Below are positions 1 to 13,221 of a stretch of DNA of 64,000 nt, in pieces. The notes under the pieces are model-generated. The model was not told the origin of the DNA, ran no database searches, and was given only the letters and a program-made list of their open reading frames with translations. The position numbers and the translations under genes are program-made. How positions within the stretch are numbered: position 1 is the first letter of the stretch; every line of letters starts with the position of its first letter. Source of the stretch: Mobula birostris (Eukaryota); the NCBI RefSeq assembly GCF_030028105.1, contig NC_092378.1, forward strand, positions 80,674,134 through 80,738,133. The letters run 5' to 3'.

Positions 1-765
1 TTCCTCCCTTACCACCATTCAGGGCCCCAAACAGTCCTTCCAGGTGAGGCAACACTTCACCTGTGAGTCGACTGGGGTGATATACCACGTCCGGTGCTCC
101 CGATGTGGCCTTTTATATATTGGCGAGACCCGACGCAGACTGGGAGGCCGCTTTGCTGAACATCTATGCTCTGTCCGCCAGAGAAAGCAGGATCTCCCAG
201 TGGCCACACATTTTAATTCCACATCCCATTCCCATTCTGACATGTCTATCCACGGCCTCCTCTACTGTAAAGATGAAGCCACACTCAGGTTGGAGGAACA
301 ACACCTTATATTCCGTCTGGGTAGCCTCCAACCTGATGGCATGAACATCGACTTCTCTAACTTCCGCTAGGCCCCACCTCCCCCTCGTACCCCATCTGTT
401 ACTTATTTTTATGCACACATTCTTTCTCTCACTCTCCTTTTTCTCCCTCTGTCCCTCTGAATATACCTCTTGCCCATCCTATGGGTCCCCTCCCCTTGTC
501 TTTCTTCCCGGACGTCCTGTCCCATGATCCTCTCATATCCCCTTTTGCCAATCACCTGTCCAGCTCTTGGCTCCATCCCTCCCCCTCCTGTCTTCTCCTA
601 TCATTTTGGATCTCCCCCTCCCCCTCCAATTTTCAAATTCCTTACTCACTCTTCCTTCAGTTAGTCCTGACGAAGGGTCTCGGCCTGAAACGTCGACTGC
701 ACCTCTTCCTACAGATGCTGCCTGGCCTGCTGCGTTCACCAGCAACCTTGATGTGTATTGCTTAA
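1..765 (+). mobile_element. Penelope-like element, 3' part: GIY-YIG endonuclease C-terminus plus pseudo-LTR
   Basis: ORF 44-370 (GVIYHVRCSRCGLLYIGETRRRLGGRFAEH...RLEEQHLIFRLGSLQPDGMN) has the Penelope GIY-YIG/CxxC pattern. It is followed by a pyrimidine-rich tail, and a near-identical copy lies at 17285-18040. Confidence 0.92.
662..699 (+). ncRNA. Minimal type I hammerhead ribozyme motif in Penelope pseudo-LTR (intact core)
   Basis: TAGTC-CTGACGA-AGGGTCTCGGCCT-GAAA-CG-TC-GACTG: stem I TAGTC/GACTG, core CUGANGA and GAAA, short stem II, palindromic ACGU stem III, and a GUC cleavage triplet (cut predicted after 694). Confidence 0.8.
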
Positions 766-1109
766 TATAAAGATGAAATTGTGTTGTGACATCTGTTTTA
801 AATTCCATTAAAAAAGCAATTCAAGAATCTAGAATCACCATATACTGCACGTTTACATGCAGTAGGAATTCACTGTGGCATGTTGGCATGTCATGGATGC
901 AACCAAAAGCAGCAATTTGACATCCCTTGATATTTTTAGAAACCTTGTGTGATCCAACAGGTATTGGTCATTTTAGCCCAATTTGAATCTCATTGGCAAT
1001 CAATGTAACAATATAACCATCTGATTTATAGCTTTGCTTTATTTAATTGTACAAAATAGTACACACCATGCCCTGGCCAAACCAAATCCCCTAGTTGCCA
1101 ATCATTTTA

Positions 1110-1460
1110 AGCAACACATAGGAAATGCTGGAGGAACTCAGAAAGTCAGGCAACATTTGAGGAGGGAAATGATTACTCAGAGTTCTGGGCCAAGACTCTT
1201 CATCAGGACTCATGATGAAGAGTTTCAACTAAAAACATTGATTATTCAACTGATTATTATTGCTGTAATTGTTATATGGTTATATGTGGGACTAGGTGAG
1301 AGTAAACGTTCGGCACAGACTAGAAGGGCCGAGATGGCCTGTTTCCGTGCTGTAATTGTTATATGGTTAGATGGTTATTATTCAAGATGCTGCTTGACCT
1401 GCTCAGTTCATCCAGCATTTTATGTGTGTCACTCAAGACTTCCGGTATCTGCAGTCATTT
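1110..1460. mobile_element. Head-to-head inverted pair of decayed Penelope pseudo-LTR fragments, with a CR1 3' tail inserted at ~1258-1378
   Basis: ACTCTTCATCAGGACTCATGATGAAGAGT at ~1195-1223 is two hammerhead-core remnants in opposite orientation. The flanks match the pLTR (GATGCTGC..GACCTGCT..GTTCATCCAGC). Confidence 0.6.
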
Positions 1461-2350
1461 GAATTCATCTCCCCATTCCCAAACCTGTCCTTGGCCTCAC
1501 CACTGACAAGGTGAGGCTAAACACAAACTAGAGGAATAGCATCTCTTATTCCACCTGTCACCTGGTTCGCATATGGCCCAAGTGCGGAGTGAGAGACACT
1601 GAAGCAGGTCGATAATTCACTGACTTTAATGCGAACAGTGTCAAAGGGAAAATAAAACAATAAGCGCCAGGCCAAACAGGGCCATTAACTTAAACTCTCA
1701 AATGGAAAATGAAGTCTACACTGCGGCTGAAAAGAATATCTAAACATTAAATGAATACCACTAGTCTTCAGAGTTGGTTGACTCGAAAGTCCAATTTCTC
1801 AGGGAAGGCCGAAAGCAAACAGGCAGCGAAGCGTTGCTGTGCTCTGTCCTAGTCTTGGCAAGCACTACGATGACAAGTATGGAGTTAAATAGTATCACAA
1901 TTAAATAGTAATTAGCTGACATGCGCAAATTCACAAGCGCAATTGCCGTATCTACTGCGCTGCCAAATCTGTGGTTGTGACACCACCTGGGTCATCTACA
2001 ATCCGGCAGAAGGAACATTAATTCCCCAATTTCTGGGAAACTGTTCCCCTATTTCTCTCCCATCCTAATTTACCCAGTCCCCATCATCCTTGCTCTTTGA
2101 CCCCCCCCACCACCCTCCCTGATTCTATGCCCCACACATATCTTTTAACAGACTCCATCATCTTAGCCCTTTGTCACTTCCAATTGTCACCTCCAAGCCT
2201 TTGGCACTCTTCCCATTTCCCCAATCTTCACTATCACCCCTCTTCACCTGGATCCAGCTATCACATGCTAGCTATTGCTCCAGCCCTCCCCACCACCCTT
2301 CGATGCTGGCTAAATCCCCTCCATCTTTCAATCCAGATGAAAGGCTTGGA
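1461..2350 (+). mobile_element. Old Penelope fragment (GIY-YIG tail plus pLTR) split by a solo LTR
   Basis: CTAGAGGAATAGCATCTCTTATTCCACC|TGGGTCATCTACAATCC rejoins across 1556-1982 and resembles 290-335. A decayed core (TCCAGATGAAAGG) lies at ~2332. Confidence 0.65.
1556..1982 (-). mobile_element. Solo LTR (427 bp) with 5-bp TSD
   Basis: Termini TGTCAC...GTGACA, with TSD CCACC at 1551-1555 and 1983-1987. TATA-like (CTATTTAA) and ATTAAA-like motifs on the minus strand suggest the orientation. Confidence 0.8.
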
Positions 2351-3125
2351 CCTGCTCTTGGCAGAATCTCAGATGGCGACGAGGAGACATACAGAAGTGA
2401 GATAGATCAGCAAGTTGACTGGTATAATAACAACCTTATACTCAACATCAGTAAGACCAATCATTGACTTCAGGACGGGGAGATCGGGAGAACAGGCACC
2501 AGCTCTCAGCAAGGGTCAGCAGTGGAAAGGGTAAGCAGCACCCAACATCTCTGAAGATCTATCCTGGAACCAACATATTGATGAAATTATGAAGGAGGCA
2601 TGTTAGCAGCTATGCTTCTTTTGAAGATTGAGGAGACTTAGTATGTGACCAAAGACTTGAGCGACTTTCTGCAGATGTACTGTGGAGAGCATTCTGACTG
2701 TATCACCACCTGATATGGAGGTTCCAATACAGGGGATCTCAAGTGGTTGCAGAGTGTTGAAATCTCAGCTAGCTCCATCGTGGGCATTAGTATCCCCACC
2801 ATCAATGACATCTTCAATAGATGATACCTCAAAAAGGCCGCATTCATCACTAAGGACCCTCATCATCCAGGACCTGCCCTCTTCTCATTACTATCATCAG
2901 GGAGGAGGTACAGGAGCCTGAAGACACACATTAACATTTTAAGAACAGCTTCTTCCCCTCCACCATCAGATTTCTGAACTGACCAAGAACCCTTGAAAAC
3001 TGCCTCACTAATTTGCTCTCTTTTTGCATTACTTACTTTTTTTTATATTTCTTAGTGTAACTTACGGCAATTTTAATGCATTACACTGTACCACTGTTGC
3101 AAAGCAACAAATTTCACAACATACC
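2351..3125 (+). mobile_element. Degenerate Rex1/Babar-type LINE, RT C-terminus and 3' UTR
   Basis: Translates as DGDEETYRSEIDQQVDW..NNLILNISKT and, further on, ESILT; this parallels the better-preserved element at 49136-50588. Confidence 0.65.
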
Positions 3126-3390
3126 ATAGAATCTTACAGTAAATGAAAATTAAATAAAACAATTGCACACACTGAAAACCTAAAATAAAGACTTACTGAG
3201 GTCCTCCAGCTTTTTGTGTGTTGCTCGGAATACACTTCATGCAATTAAACATAGTTTTCAAACAAGCGATTTAAAATGCCAGATAACTACAGACTTGACA
3301 GATACTAATCTTGTAACTGCCTTTCCTGTGATTAAGATTGCAAACTGATGAAAAGCTGCTTTTTTTAGGACTGAATCATTATTTCATTAT

Positions 3391-3922
3391 TGTGTTCAGT
3401 TTTGGTCACCAAATTACAGGAAGGATATAAATAAGGTTGAAAGAGTGCAGAGAAGGTTTACAAGGATGTTGCCGGGACTTGAGAAACTCAGTTACAGAGA
3501 AAGGTTGAATAGGTTAGGACTTTATTCCCTGGAGTGTAGAAGAATGAGGGGAGATTTGATAGAGGTATATAAAATTATGATGGGTATTGACAGAGTGAAT
3601 GCAAGCAGGCTTTTTCCACTGAGGCAAGGGGAGAAAAAAAACAGAGGACATGGGTTAAGGGTGAGGGGGGGAAAGTTTAAAGGGAACATTAGGGGGGGCT
3701 TCTTCACACAGAGTGGTGGGAGTATGGAATGAGCTGCCAGACGAGGTGGTAAATGCGGTTTCTTTTTTAACATTTAAGAATAAATTGGACAGATACATGG
3801 ATGGGAGGTGTATGGAGGGATATGGTCCGTGTGCAGGTCAGTGGGACTAGGCAGAAAATGGTTCGGCACAGCCAAGAAGGGCCAAAAGGCCTGTTTCTGT
3901 GCTGTAGTTTCTATGGTTCTAT
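3391..3922 (+). mobile_element. CR1 LINE, 5'-truncated 3' end
   Basis: ORF 3445-3732 QRRFTRMLPGLEKLSYRERL..LYSLE.RRMRGDLIEVYKI; ends TTTCTATGGTTCTATG. Confidence 0.9.
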
Positions 3923-5159
3923 GAAGAACAAACTTAATCATGCCATTATCACACTGTAACTTCTACTGCTTTAAGTTCCATTCTAAATTTACTTTGTTTT
4001 TGCATTATGTTACAATGAAAGCCTCCATGTACTCAAGGGTACAGGGAATCCAACACTCCTTTTATCATTCCCAGAGCTGAATACAAAATGAGACAGATGT
4101 CCTTTGGTGTAGATGTTTAATAGGTCCATAAATTATCACCATTTATCTGAAAAGTTCAAAACCAAGTTGTTTTACTGATTAAGCCACTAATGAGTACTTT
4201 ATAAAAATCTTTCATCTATAAACATAAACCCATTGAGAGGAAAAAACAAGAGTCATTCCAAAATGTGACTGAAGTCAGAGACTAAATATTTTCATTACAA
4301 CAGATCTTTCCAGAGTTACTTGTTTGGATGATATGCCAAGAGATAAAACTGAAGATAAATTAGTTCAATAACATGGATAATGTGTTAAGCAGATGATTTT
4401 GTTTAACATATTGACCCTTTTAAATAGCCAGTCTCTTATAGAAGTCAGTTCAGTAATAGCTTTACTAATAGCATTGGCCTTGGAAATGAATAACTTATCG
4501 AACTGATTCATGCAATAATTTCATTTTATTTAATACGAATTCTGTTATAAGGCAGCAATTTCCGTCTGCTGTAGAGTAATATGTGGTCAATGTCTTTTGC
4601 ACATATGCTATGGAAAAGATGGAAAATTGATAAACATCTGAGGAGAAACAAGAAGGAAATAGCAGGCCAGCCCTGATTCATGTGTTTGATTGATGTTGTT
4701 ATTCACCTCATCAGAAAGCTAAGCCTGAGGCGTTGCCTACAGCAGACAATAGTTCACTGATCAGTCCAGTAGGTACAGCTTGCAAAGAGATGCATCAGTA
4801 TACATTGTTGCTCCTTCATTAATTTTTGTAGGTATTTATTAAGCGCATTTTAACAATCCAAAGAGCATGTATAGTCTGCTTATGCACATTAATGTTTTTT
4901 GTGCAGTGGAATGCACTTTTTAATTATAATTTCTACATGCAAATTGTAACCCTTATAGCAACTGCTGGTGCTGGCATTATAATGTGAAGTGTAAAGCAGA
5001 GAGAAAAGGAAATGACATTTTAAAAATGCCTCTCCATTATTCAGAGGATATCGCACAGTGCAAATTCCTGCGAGCCCCATTCCTAGCATAACTTCCTGGC
5101 AATAAGTACTTCAGAGACACAGTATTCATACTTCAGTTAATTATATCAGACTGTAAAAG

Positions 5160-5390
5160 ACTTTAAGACATAAGAGCAGAATTAGGCCATTCAGCCCATT
5201 GAGTCTGCACCTCCAATCAATCATGGCTGACTTATTATCCCTTTGGACCCCATTCTCTAGCCTTACCCCGGTAGCCTTTGACATTCTTACTAATCAAGAA
5301 CCTATCAACCTCCGATTTAAATATATCCAATGACTTGGTCACCACAGCCATCTGTGGCAATGAAATCCACAGATCCACCACCCTCTGACC
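5160..5390 (-). mobile_element. CR1 3' UTR fragment
   Basis: Reverse complement resembles the CR1 3' ends at 36900-37120 and 46350-46570. Confidence 0.65.
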
Positions 5391-5809
5391 AAAGGGCCTG
5401 TTCCTATGATGTGCTGTTCCATGTTCTAAGTGATTTAAAATAACATTTGAGAGTAGAGTTCTGTGAGCAAAGTAACTCAGAAAAGATGACTAATTAGTTG
5501 AGTTGTTGGCAATGTTCATAGGCAATAATTAATATGGACAAATGTTATTCCCCTACTTGCTGTCTTATTGGGATTAGTGTGCCAAAGTAACCAACAGACA
5601 TCTTTGGAAAACCTGTCATGAAAATGTGAAGCTGGACGCTGTCATCTCCCTGAACTGAATAGTGATTTAACAAATTTATTAAGAGCTGTGGTAACATAAT
5701 GGTTATGTCACCGGAGGTCCTGAAATAATGATTCAGAAATATAAGATCAAAACTCAAAGTATCTGAGGATTTAAGTTCTGTTAATTAATCTGGAATAAAA
5801 AGCTGGTGA

Positions 5810-8225
5810 ATGGTAGTCCACCATACCCAACGATGACAGTAAGATCTGTGCGGGGGAGTATCTAAAGTGGAAAAGCCATTGCTCTTCGACAGTTCCACTC
5901 ACTCACCCTCAGAAGTCTGGGTCCAGTAGTACGAGTAGTCATCATCATTGGGATCTTCCATGGTTGCACTGGATAATCATGACTTCTGTGCCTTGTCATG
6001 CCCTTGTTCCCCAGGAAACATTGCAGAATTTAAGAACTTAAGAAGGAACTTAAGAAGTAAATTAGGAGAGCCAGAACAGGCAATGAGAAGGCCTTGGTGA
6101 GCAGGATTAAGGAAAACCTCAAGGCATTCTACAAGTATATGAAAAGCAAGAGGATAAGAGGTGAAAAAATAGGACCTATCAAGTGTGACAGTGGGAAAGT
6201 GTGTATGGAACCGGAGGAAATAGCAGAGGTACTTAATGAATACTTTACTTCAGTGTTCACTATGGAAAAGGATCTTGGTGATTGTAGTGATGACCTTCAG
6301 CAGACTGAAAAGCTTGAGCATGTATATATTAAGAAAGAGGATGTGCTGGAGTATTTGGAAAGCATCAAATTGGATAAGTCGCTGGGACTGGATGAGATTC
6401 ACCCCAGGCTACTGTGGGAGGTGAGGGAAGAGAGTGCTGAGCCTCTGGCAATGATCTTTGCATCATCAATGGGAACAGGAGAGGCTCCGGAAGATTGGAG
6501 AGTTGCGAATGTTGTTCCTTTATTCAAGAAAAGGAGCAGAGATAGCCCAGAAAATTATAGACCAGTGAGTCTTACCTCAGTGGTTGGTAAGTTGATGGAG
6601 AATATCCCGAGAGGCGAACATTTGGAGAGGCACAATATGATTAGGAATAGTCAGCAAGGCTTTGTCAAGGGCAGATCGTGCCTTTCGAGCCTGATTGAAT
6701 TTTTTGTAGGTTGTAACTAAATACATTGACGAAGGAAGAGCAGTAGATCTGGTGTATATGGATTTCAGCAAGGCATTTGATAAAGTACCCCATGCAAGCC
6801 TTATTGAGAAAGTAAGGAGGCATGGGATCCAAGGGGACGTTGCTTTGTGGATCCAGAACTGGCTTGCCCACAGAAGGCAAAGGATGGTTGTAGACAGGTA
6901 ATATTCTGCATGGAGGTCTGTCACCAGTGGTGTGCCTCAGAGATCTGTTCTGGGAACCCTACTCTTCATGATTTTCATAAATAACCTGGATGAGGAAGTG
7001 GAAGGATAGGTTAGTAAGTTTGCTGATGACACAAAGGTTGGAGGTGTTGTGGATAGTGTGGAGGGCTGTCAGAGGTTACAGCGGGACATTGATAGGATGC
7101 AAAACTGGCCTGAGAAATGGCAGATGGAGTGCAACCCAGAAAAGTGTGAAGTGGTTCATTTTGGTAGATCAGATATGATGGCAGAGTATAGTATTAATGG
7201 TAAGACTCTCGGCAGTGTGGAGGATCAGAGGGATCTTGGGGTTCGAGTCCATAGGACACTCAAATCAGCTGCGCAGCTTGACTCTGTGGTTAAGAAGGCA
7301 GATGGTGTATTGGCCTTCATCAATCGTGGAATTGAGTTTAGGAGCTGAGAGGTAATGTTACAGCTATATAGGACCCTGGTCAGACCCCACTTGGAGTACT
7401 GTGCTCAGTTCTGGTTACCTCACTACAGGCAGGATGTTGAAGCCATAGAAAGGGTGCAGAGGAGATTTACAAGGATGTTGCCTGGATAGGGGAGCATGCC
7501 TTATGAGAGTAGGTTGAGTGAACTTGGCCTTTTCTCCTTGGAGCGACGGAGGATGAGAGGTGACCTGATATAGGTGTATAAGATGATGAAAGGCATTGAT
7601 CATGTGGATAGTCAGAGGCTTTTTCCCAGGGCTGAAATAGTTGCCACAAGAGGATACGGGTTTAAAGTGCTGGGGAGTAGGCACAGAGGAGATGTCAGGG
7701 GTAAGTTTTCTACTCAGAGAGTGGTGAGTGCGTGGAATGGGCTGCAGGCAATGGTGGTGGAGGCGGATACAATAGGGTCTTTTAAGAGACTCCTGGACAG
7801 GTACATGGAGCTTAGAAAAATAGAGGGCTATAGGTAAGCCTAATTATTTCTAAGGTAGGGACATGTTCGGCACAGCTTTGTGGGCCGACGGGCCTGTATT
7901 GTGCTGTAGGTTTTCTATGTTTCTATATAACTGCCGTCAGATCTCACTGTTGATCTCATCCACCCAATCCATCACAGTTGCCTTTGCATGCAAGGAAGGG
8001 CTTGTCCCAATCTCACCAGGGTATGAGATCCATTGGTTTCTCTCACCTGGTACAGCCCATCTGTCAAGGTGGTGTACCAGGTTGTGGTTACTGTCACGTG
8101 CAATTGGCTACTTAGAGCCACAGGTGAGAGCTGTATGTCGGGTGGAGACCAAGGTGAGTGAGCTGTCCCAGAATGGACATGACAAACCCCATCACCAGAG
8201 GTGCTACCCCTCCCTGGACACCCTA
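5810..8225 (-). mobile_element. Unclassified interspersed repeat (probably a non-autonomous retroelement) interrupted by a CR1
   Basis: GC-richer repeat-like segments at ~5810-6030 and ~7928-8225 flank the CR1. Family not identified. Confidence 0.3.
6040..7927 (+). mobile_element. CR1 LINE ORF2 reverse transcriptase region, frameshifted, with 3' UTR
   Basis: ORFs 6094-6720 (PEDWRVANVVPLFKK..NYRPVSLTSVVGK), 7049-7348 and 7574-7837; FADD motif at ~7019-7030; TTCTATG tail. Confidence 0.95.
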
Positions 8226-9446
8226 TACAAAAAAAGGAATAAATAAACCATGGATGGTCATGTAAAAAATCAATTGGGTCATTAATATCATTTAGGAAAG
8301 TAGATTTGTCATGTGTATCCACTATCACCAAAGAGTAAGTCTTGAGTCACAGCAGGAGGCCTAACAATATGTGCTATCTCTCCTAAATCCATGGTGTGGC
8401 ACAGGCACATAGCAGCTGTTCAGGACCTCTCAACACCATCTTTTTAAGAAGAATTCGAGATTGTCACTTACTGCTTCCCAGTACCGCTCTCATCCTAAGA
8501 AGAAATAAATTATTTCTTTTTTTAAATCTTTGGAGAAAAAAATGAGTTGCATTTTTATTGAGTCTTTTATGTACCTAACAAAATTACAGCTAATGTTGTA
8601 TTTTTGAAGTGTTGCCTGTGGTGTAATGCAGGAAACATTCGCAATGCAGCAAAAGAAAATATTCGGGTGATTTCCAGCTACAAACTTATTTGGTCACGGT
8701 CACATGAACTGGTAAATGTTTTCTGAAAACACTTAATTCTGCAGAGATCATTAACATTGAAAGGATCTCTTCCCAAATGGGTAGACATTGATTTTGAGGT
8801 GTTCCATTTGCTGAGTAAATATATTTTATTATTCTGTGAATTCTGATGTAGTCTATTTGTTTAACTTGTGTTTTCAAATATGCTATTCAATAACACCTAC
8901 AACAGATTTAATATTCATGAAATTAAACAGTACACGACTGCCGTGTAAATAATTTAATCTCTACTAATAAAATTTGTTCATTATATTTTTTTCTTAAAAG
9001 CCTCATTTAATTACACCTGCACTATTGATGTTACGGGGAATTCCAAACAGCATTTTCTGGGTAGCTGTATTTAATTGACGTGTTGGGCTGAACTGCACTG
9101 ATCCTCACCTATGCTTTGTTGTCACTATTCACACTAATCTCATGGTACGAATCAATCTCTGCAGCAGTGCAGTTCCCAATGCACCAGTAACATTTTTACC
9201 ATAGCACATGCAAAGGTGCAGCAGATGGTGAGAAGCAGCTAGGCTGCAGAAAGCAAAAAACTATTGGTTCCACCTGATGACCTTTTGACAGTTCCAATTC
9301 TCACTGGCTTTCACTGCTACCAAATGTACGTGAAGATCAGATGTGAGACATATCTCGTTCCTGAACTCAGCAACTTACAGAATGCCCTAGGCACTGTGGT
9401 GGATCTAGAGGGAGAATGAGAGATAAGACAGACCCACCAATATTCC

Positions 9447-9720
9447 AGATTCAAGATTCAAGTTCCAAGTTTAGTTATCATATGTACATCAGAACATACG
9501 TAGAGTGAAAGGCATATTTGTGTTAATCATTAACACAACCTGAGGGTGTGCTGGGGGAAGCCTGCAAGTGTTGTCACACATTCCAGCGCCATAGTCTGCT
9601 GAGCATTCTGGGCATAACACTACAGAGCACAACAAGCAGAATCAACAGCCCCATTCCTCCCTCGTTCCCAGGCACATACATAGTCCACTAACCCCAGGAC
9701 AGGCCTGCAGCGGACATGGA
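9447..9720 (-). repeat. Interspersed LINE 3'-UTR-like repeat (other copies at ~10295-10440, 10925-11160, 42765-42805 plus 44754-44870, 56335-56900)
   Basis: Shared motif GACACTTGC.GGCTGCCCCCAGCACA..CTC...CATTTCACT...TGTGACAAATAAAGCTAATCT, seen in both orientations. Confidence 0.6.
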
Positions 9721-9809
9721 ACTGGGGCTGAGCTCACCAGCAGACTCTCAGAGATTTCCAGACTCAGCTCTGGCCAATAGACTTTGACTACTGTACTTCT
9801 GATTTGACC

Positions 9810-10235
9810 CTTGGGCCTCAATGCTCTACCAGAGATTTTGGTGGTGTATCAAATCTCCTCAAATTTCGAATGAAGTGTAGGCACTGGCATACTTTTGTCA
9901 TGATTCCATCAATATGGTTAGATCCTCTCAAATATTGATTATCATGAACTTAAAACTGTTGAATTACGAGAACTGGTGTGTGTTCTCCCAACTTCTCCTT
10001 CCACAATCAATTCTAGTCTTGCTGATGTTGAGTGCAAGGTTGTTGTTGTGACGCCACTCAAACAGCCAATCCATCTTATTGCTGTATGTCTTCTCATCAC
10101 CAAGTATAATTCTGTGAACAATAGTGGTGGCAACAGCGAATTGATAGATGGTGCTTGAACTGTGCCTAGCCACAAAACCATGAGTGATGAGAGAATAGAG
10201 CAGTGGACTAAACACACATCCTTGTGGTGTACCTG
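9810..10235 (-). mobile_element. Degenerate Rex1/Babar-type LINE RT fragment
   Basis: ORF 9964-10326 contains GTPQGCVFSPLLYSL...NNNLALNISKT. Confidence 0.75.
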
Positions 10236-10604
10236 AATTTGGAAATTCAAACCCCATTCTCAAATTTTCATAAATCTGTAGCATCTTTCCTGAAACTGAA
10301 AGCTGGTGCCAGAAGCACGGCGACACTTACAGACTGCCTCTAGCATATACTCAAACTGTGTTGGTTATGAATGAAAAACAACACATTTCACCACTGGTTT
10401 TGATGTTTCAATATAGATGTGACAAATGAAGCTTTTCTTTTTTTTTTACCTTGTAAGGTAACTGCACTTGTCCAACAGTGTAATGCTAATTTACACTTCT
10501 GCACTTCTCCTTATAAATCTTTATTGTCAATTGCTCCTCAAGGATCTACCTTTATGACCTATGGCCTAATGTGTTTTATATTTCTTTTAGTTTCTGTGCA
10601 TTTC

Positions 10605-10910
10605 AAGGAACAGTACAGCACACGAACAGGCCCTTCTGCCCACAATGCTAAAAAATTGTTTTAAAACAAAACTAATCCCTCCTACCCACACAATGTCCAT
10701 ATCCTTCCATCTTCCTCATATCCATGTGCCTATCTAAATATCTCTTAAAAGCCTCTAATGTATTTGCCTCCACCATCATACCAGGCAGCGCACTCCAGGC
10801 ATCCCTTTGAACCTACCCCCTCTCACCTTCAATGTGTGCCTTGTAGTATTAGAAAGTTCTATCCTGGAAAAGGTACCCCTGTCTACACTATCTATGCCTC
10901 TCATAATGCA
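10605..10910 (-). mobile_element. CR1 3' end, decayed
   Basis: Starts GAACAGTACAGCACACGAACAGGCCCTT (reverse of the CR1 tail) and resembles 47950-48335 in reverse. Confidence 0.7.
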
Positions 10911-11534
10911 TAAAAGGCTCTGATTCAGATTCATTTATTTATCACATATATATTGAAACATGCAGTACAATGCATCTTTTGAGTTAACAACCGAACACAT
11001 CCTAAGGATATGTTGGCAGCAGTTCGCAAGTGTTGCTACACAATTTCGCCTACAATGCCCAGCAGAACAACACAGAATACAACAAAGCAAAGAACAAGCA
11101 AATAAACAACAGCAACATAACAAGCCCTCTTCCTCCCTCCCACTCACACCAACAACAGTCAAGATTACAGTTAAATTGTATAATAAATCCACAGTCAAAT
11201 ACATCAAGATTGTGTCTAGTGAATTTGCAATTGATACATTCTGTTCTCTCATTTATCTTTGAATATTCTAGTTATATCTGTTTGAAACCGTAGATGTTTT
11301 CAGATTCATCCATTATTGAGGACAGTTCCATCTCCAGCTAGGAGGGAAGGAATGGTGTACAGTGTCCACCTAGGAATCTAGAAAAGGTCGTGTAGATGAG
11401 GGTGACCAGTGATGAGTCTTGCCATAGCATAGCTATGACTGGAAGGTGAGCATAATCTGGGAAATACACTTGAATACAGACTGCCATAGTTTTATTTTAC
11501 TGAAACCTTTAAGTTTTATAATTATTTAAAGACA

Positions 11535-11925
11535 AGACATTCTCAGATGCTGGAAGTCCAGAGCAACAAAATGCTAGAGGAACTCAGCAGGTCAGACAGC
11601 ATTTATGGAGAGGAATAAACAGTCAATGTTTCAGGCTGAAACCCTTCATCAGGACTGGAAGGGAAGAGGGAAGAAGCCAGAAGCCAGAGTAAGAAGGTGG
11701 GAGGGGGAATGAGTACAAGCTGGTAAGTGATAGATAAAGGCAGGTGAGGGGGAAGGTAGATGGGTGTGGGTGGGGGGAATGAAGTATGAAGCTAGGAGGT
11801 GATAGGTGGAAAAACTAAAGGTTAAAGAAGGGGAGAAAGAGTGGCAGGAGAGTGGCTCATGGGAGAAAGGGAAGAAGAAGAGGCACCAGAGGTGATAGGC
11901 AGGGAAGAGGTAATAGGGCAGCCAG
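11535..11925 (-). mobile_element. Penelope pseudo-LTR containing a hammerhead motif at 11620-11657
   Basis: Minus strand reads CAGTC-CTGATGA-AGGGTTTCAGCCT-GAAA-CA-TT-GACTG next to a purine-rich tract homologous to the pLTR. Confidence 0.75.
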
Positions 11926-13221
11926 AATAACTCCCTTGTAATTATTAAAGGTCCTTTTGCATTGCAATGGGACCTGAGAACACATTGCAAAGTCATTAAG
12001 AACCAGTTACATAATTAAGGGCACCTATTTAGGATACAAATTTGAACAGAACTTCTCATCACTGACGTTCCTATACAACAAATCCTCTGGCTATCAGGAT
12101 TTTTATAAAATATCATGTTTTACATCTTCTCCCATGGTTTATGCCAGAAGTGAGATCACGACTAAGGAGCTACTGACAGCAAGGATTTCAAAAGACTTTC
12201 CAAATTATATGATCTGCATATTTTTTCTGTAATTATTGCTGAGGAGACCACTTCAGAAGTGAAGAGACAAAAATATCTTACAATTTTGAGAAATACATTC
12301 AAAAGATTTTGATTGACACTAACAAAACCATTATGAGCCCACAGTTAAGAAGGTGGGTGTATAGTTATAGGCAGAGAAAAACAAAGTCATCTGATCAATT
12401 TCCAGAGATATGAGAACCCATGCGATTATTTAATTAGATAGCTATGTGATCTTTTAATCACAATAAGCATAAAAACCCTACAGTGCACTTGGGTTTGTTT
12501 TCAGTAGCAAATAAGCACTAGCATTTATAATTTTGTTTTTCAGTGACATTTGCAGTTCAAAAGTAATTTTTGCAGAACTGTAATTAACTCTGGTACAGGT
12601 TGTAACAAAGATTTGGCATTGAATTACAAATGTGCTAATATTAGTATTTGCTTTAATCTTATTCAGCTACTTAACCATTAATTAAGCTATAATCTATAAT
12701 AAAGGAAGTATTACTGCTGTTATCTTTGAATAGTGTTGAAAATTGATGTTTTATACTGAATCTACCTCTGAGGAAAATCTCTCTGGCATCTCTAGTGGAT
12801 TTAATCACCAGAGAAGCAGGGCTGTGGGAAGAATGGTCATGAAACCTGTTGTCAAGACAACTTAGCTGCAGACTTTGTGCTCAATCCTTCCACTCAGTAC
12901 TTAAGTAATGAGCTTGGTCCAGTTCCTGCAGTGTATTGGAATTTCTTAAAGCTTTATATTGCTTTGAAAATGGACATTCATTCATTAAGCCTGACCATTT
13001 GAAACTTAAGGATTGATTGTAACACCAGTACTAAATTCTTCTTTTGAGCTTAGAAGTATAGTTACTGCAGTACAGAGAGAGGAGATTGCCCATCAAGTCA
13101 TCGTCGGCTTATAAATTTGTGACTATTTGTCATCCACAATCCAGAGCGTCACATTGTATTGCCTAGTCGTTCAACTACTTTTTACATGAGATGAGTGTTT
13201 CTGCTTTCACTAACCTGTAAG

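Noticed and set aside
7930-8225. Second HDV-like ribozyme at the end of the unclassified minus-strand repeat
   Set aside because: Only isolated helices (e.g. CCTGGT/ACCAGG) were found; I could not assemble the P1-P2-P3-J4/2 order.
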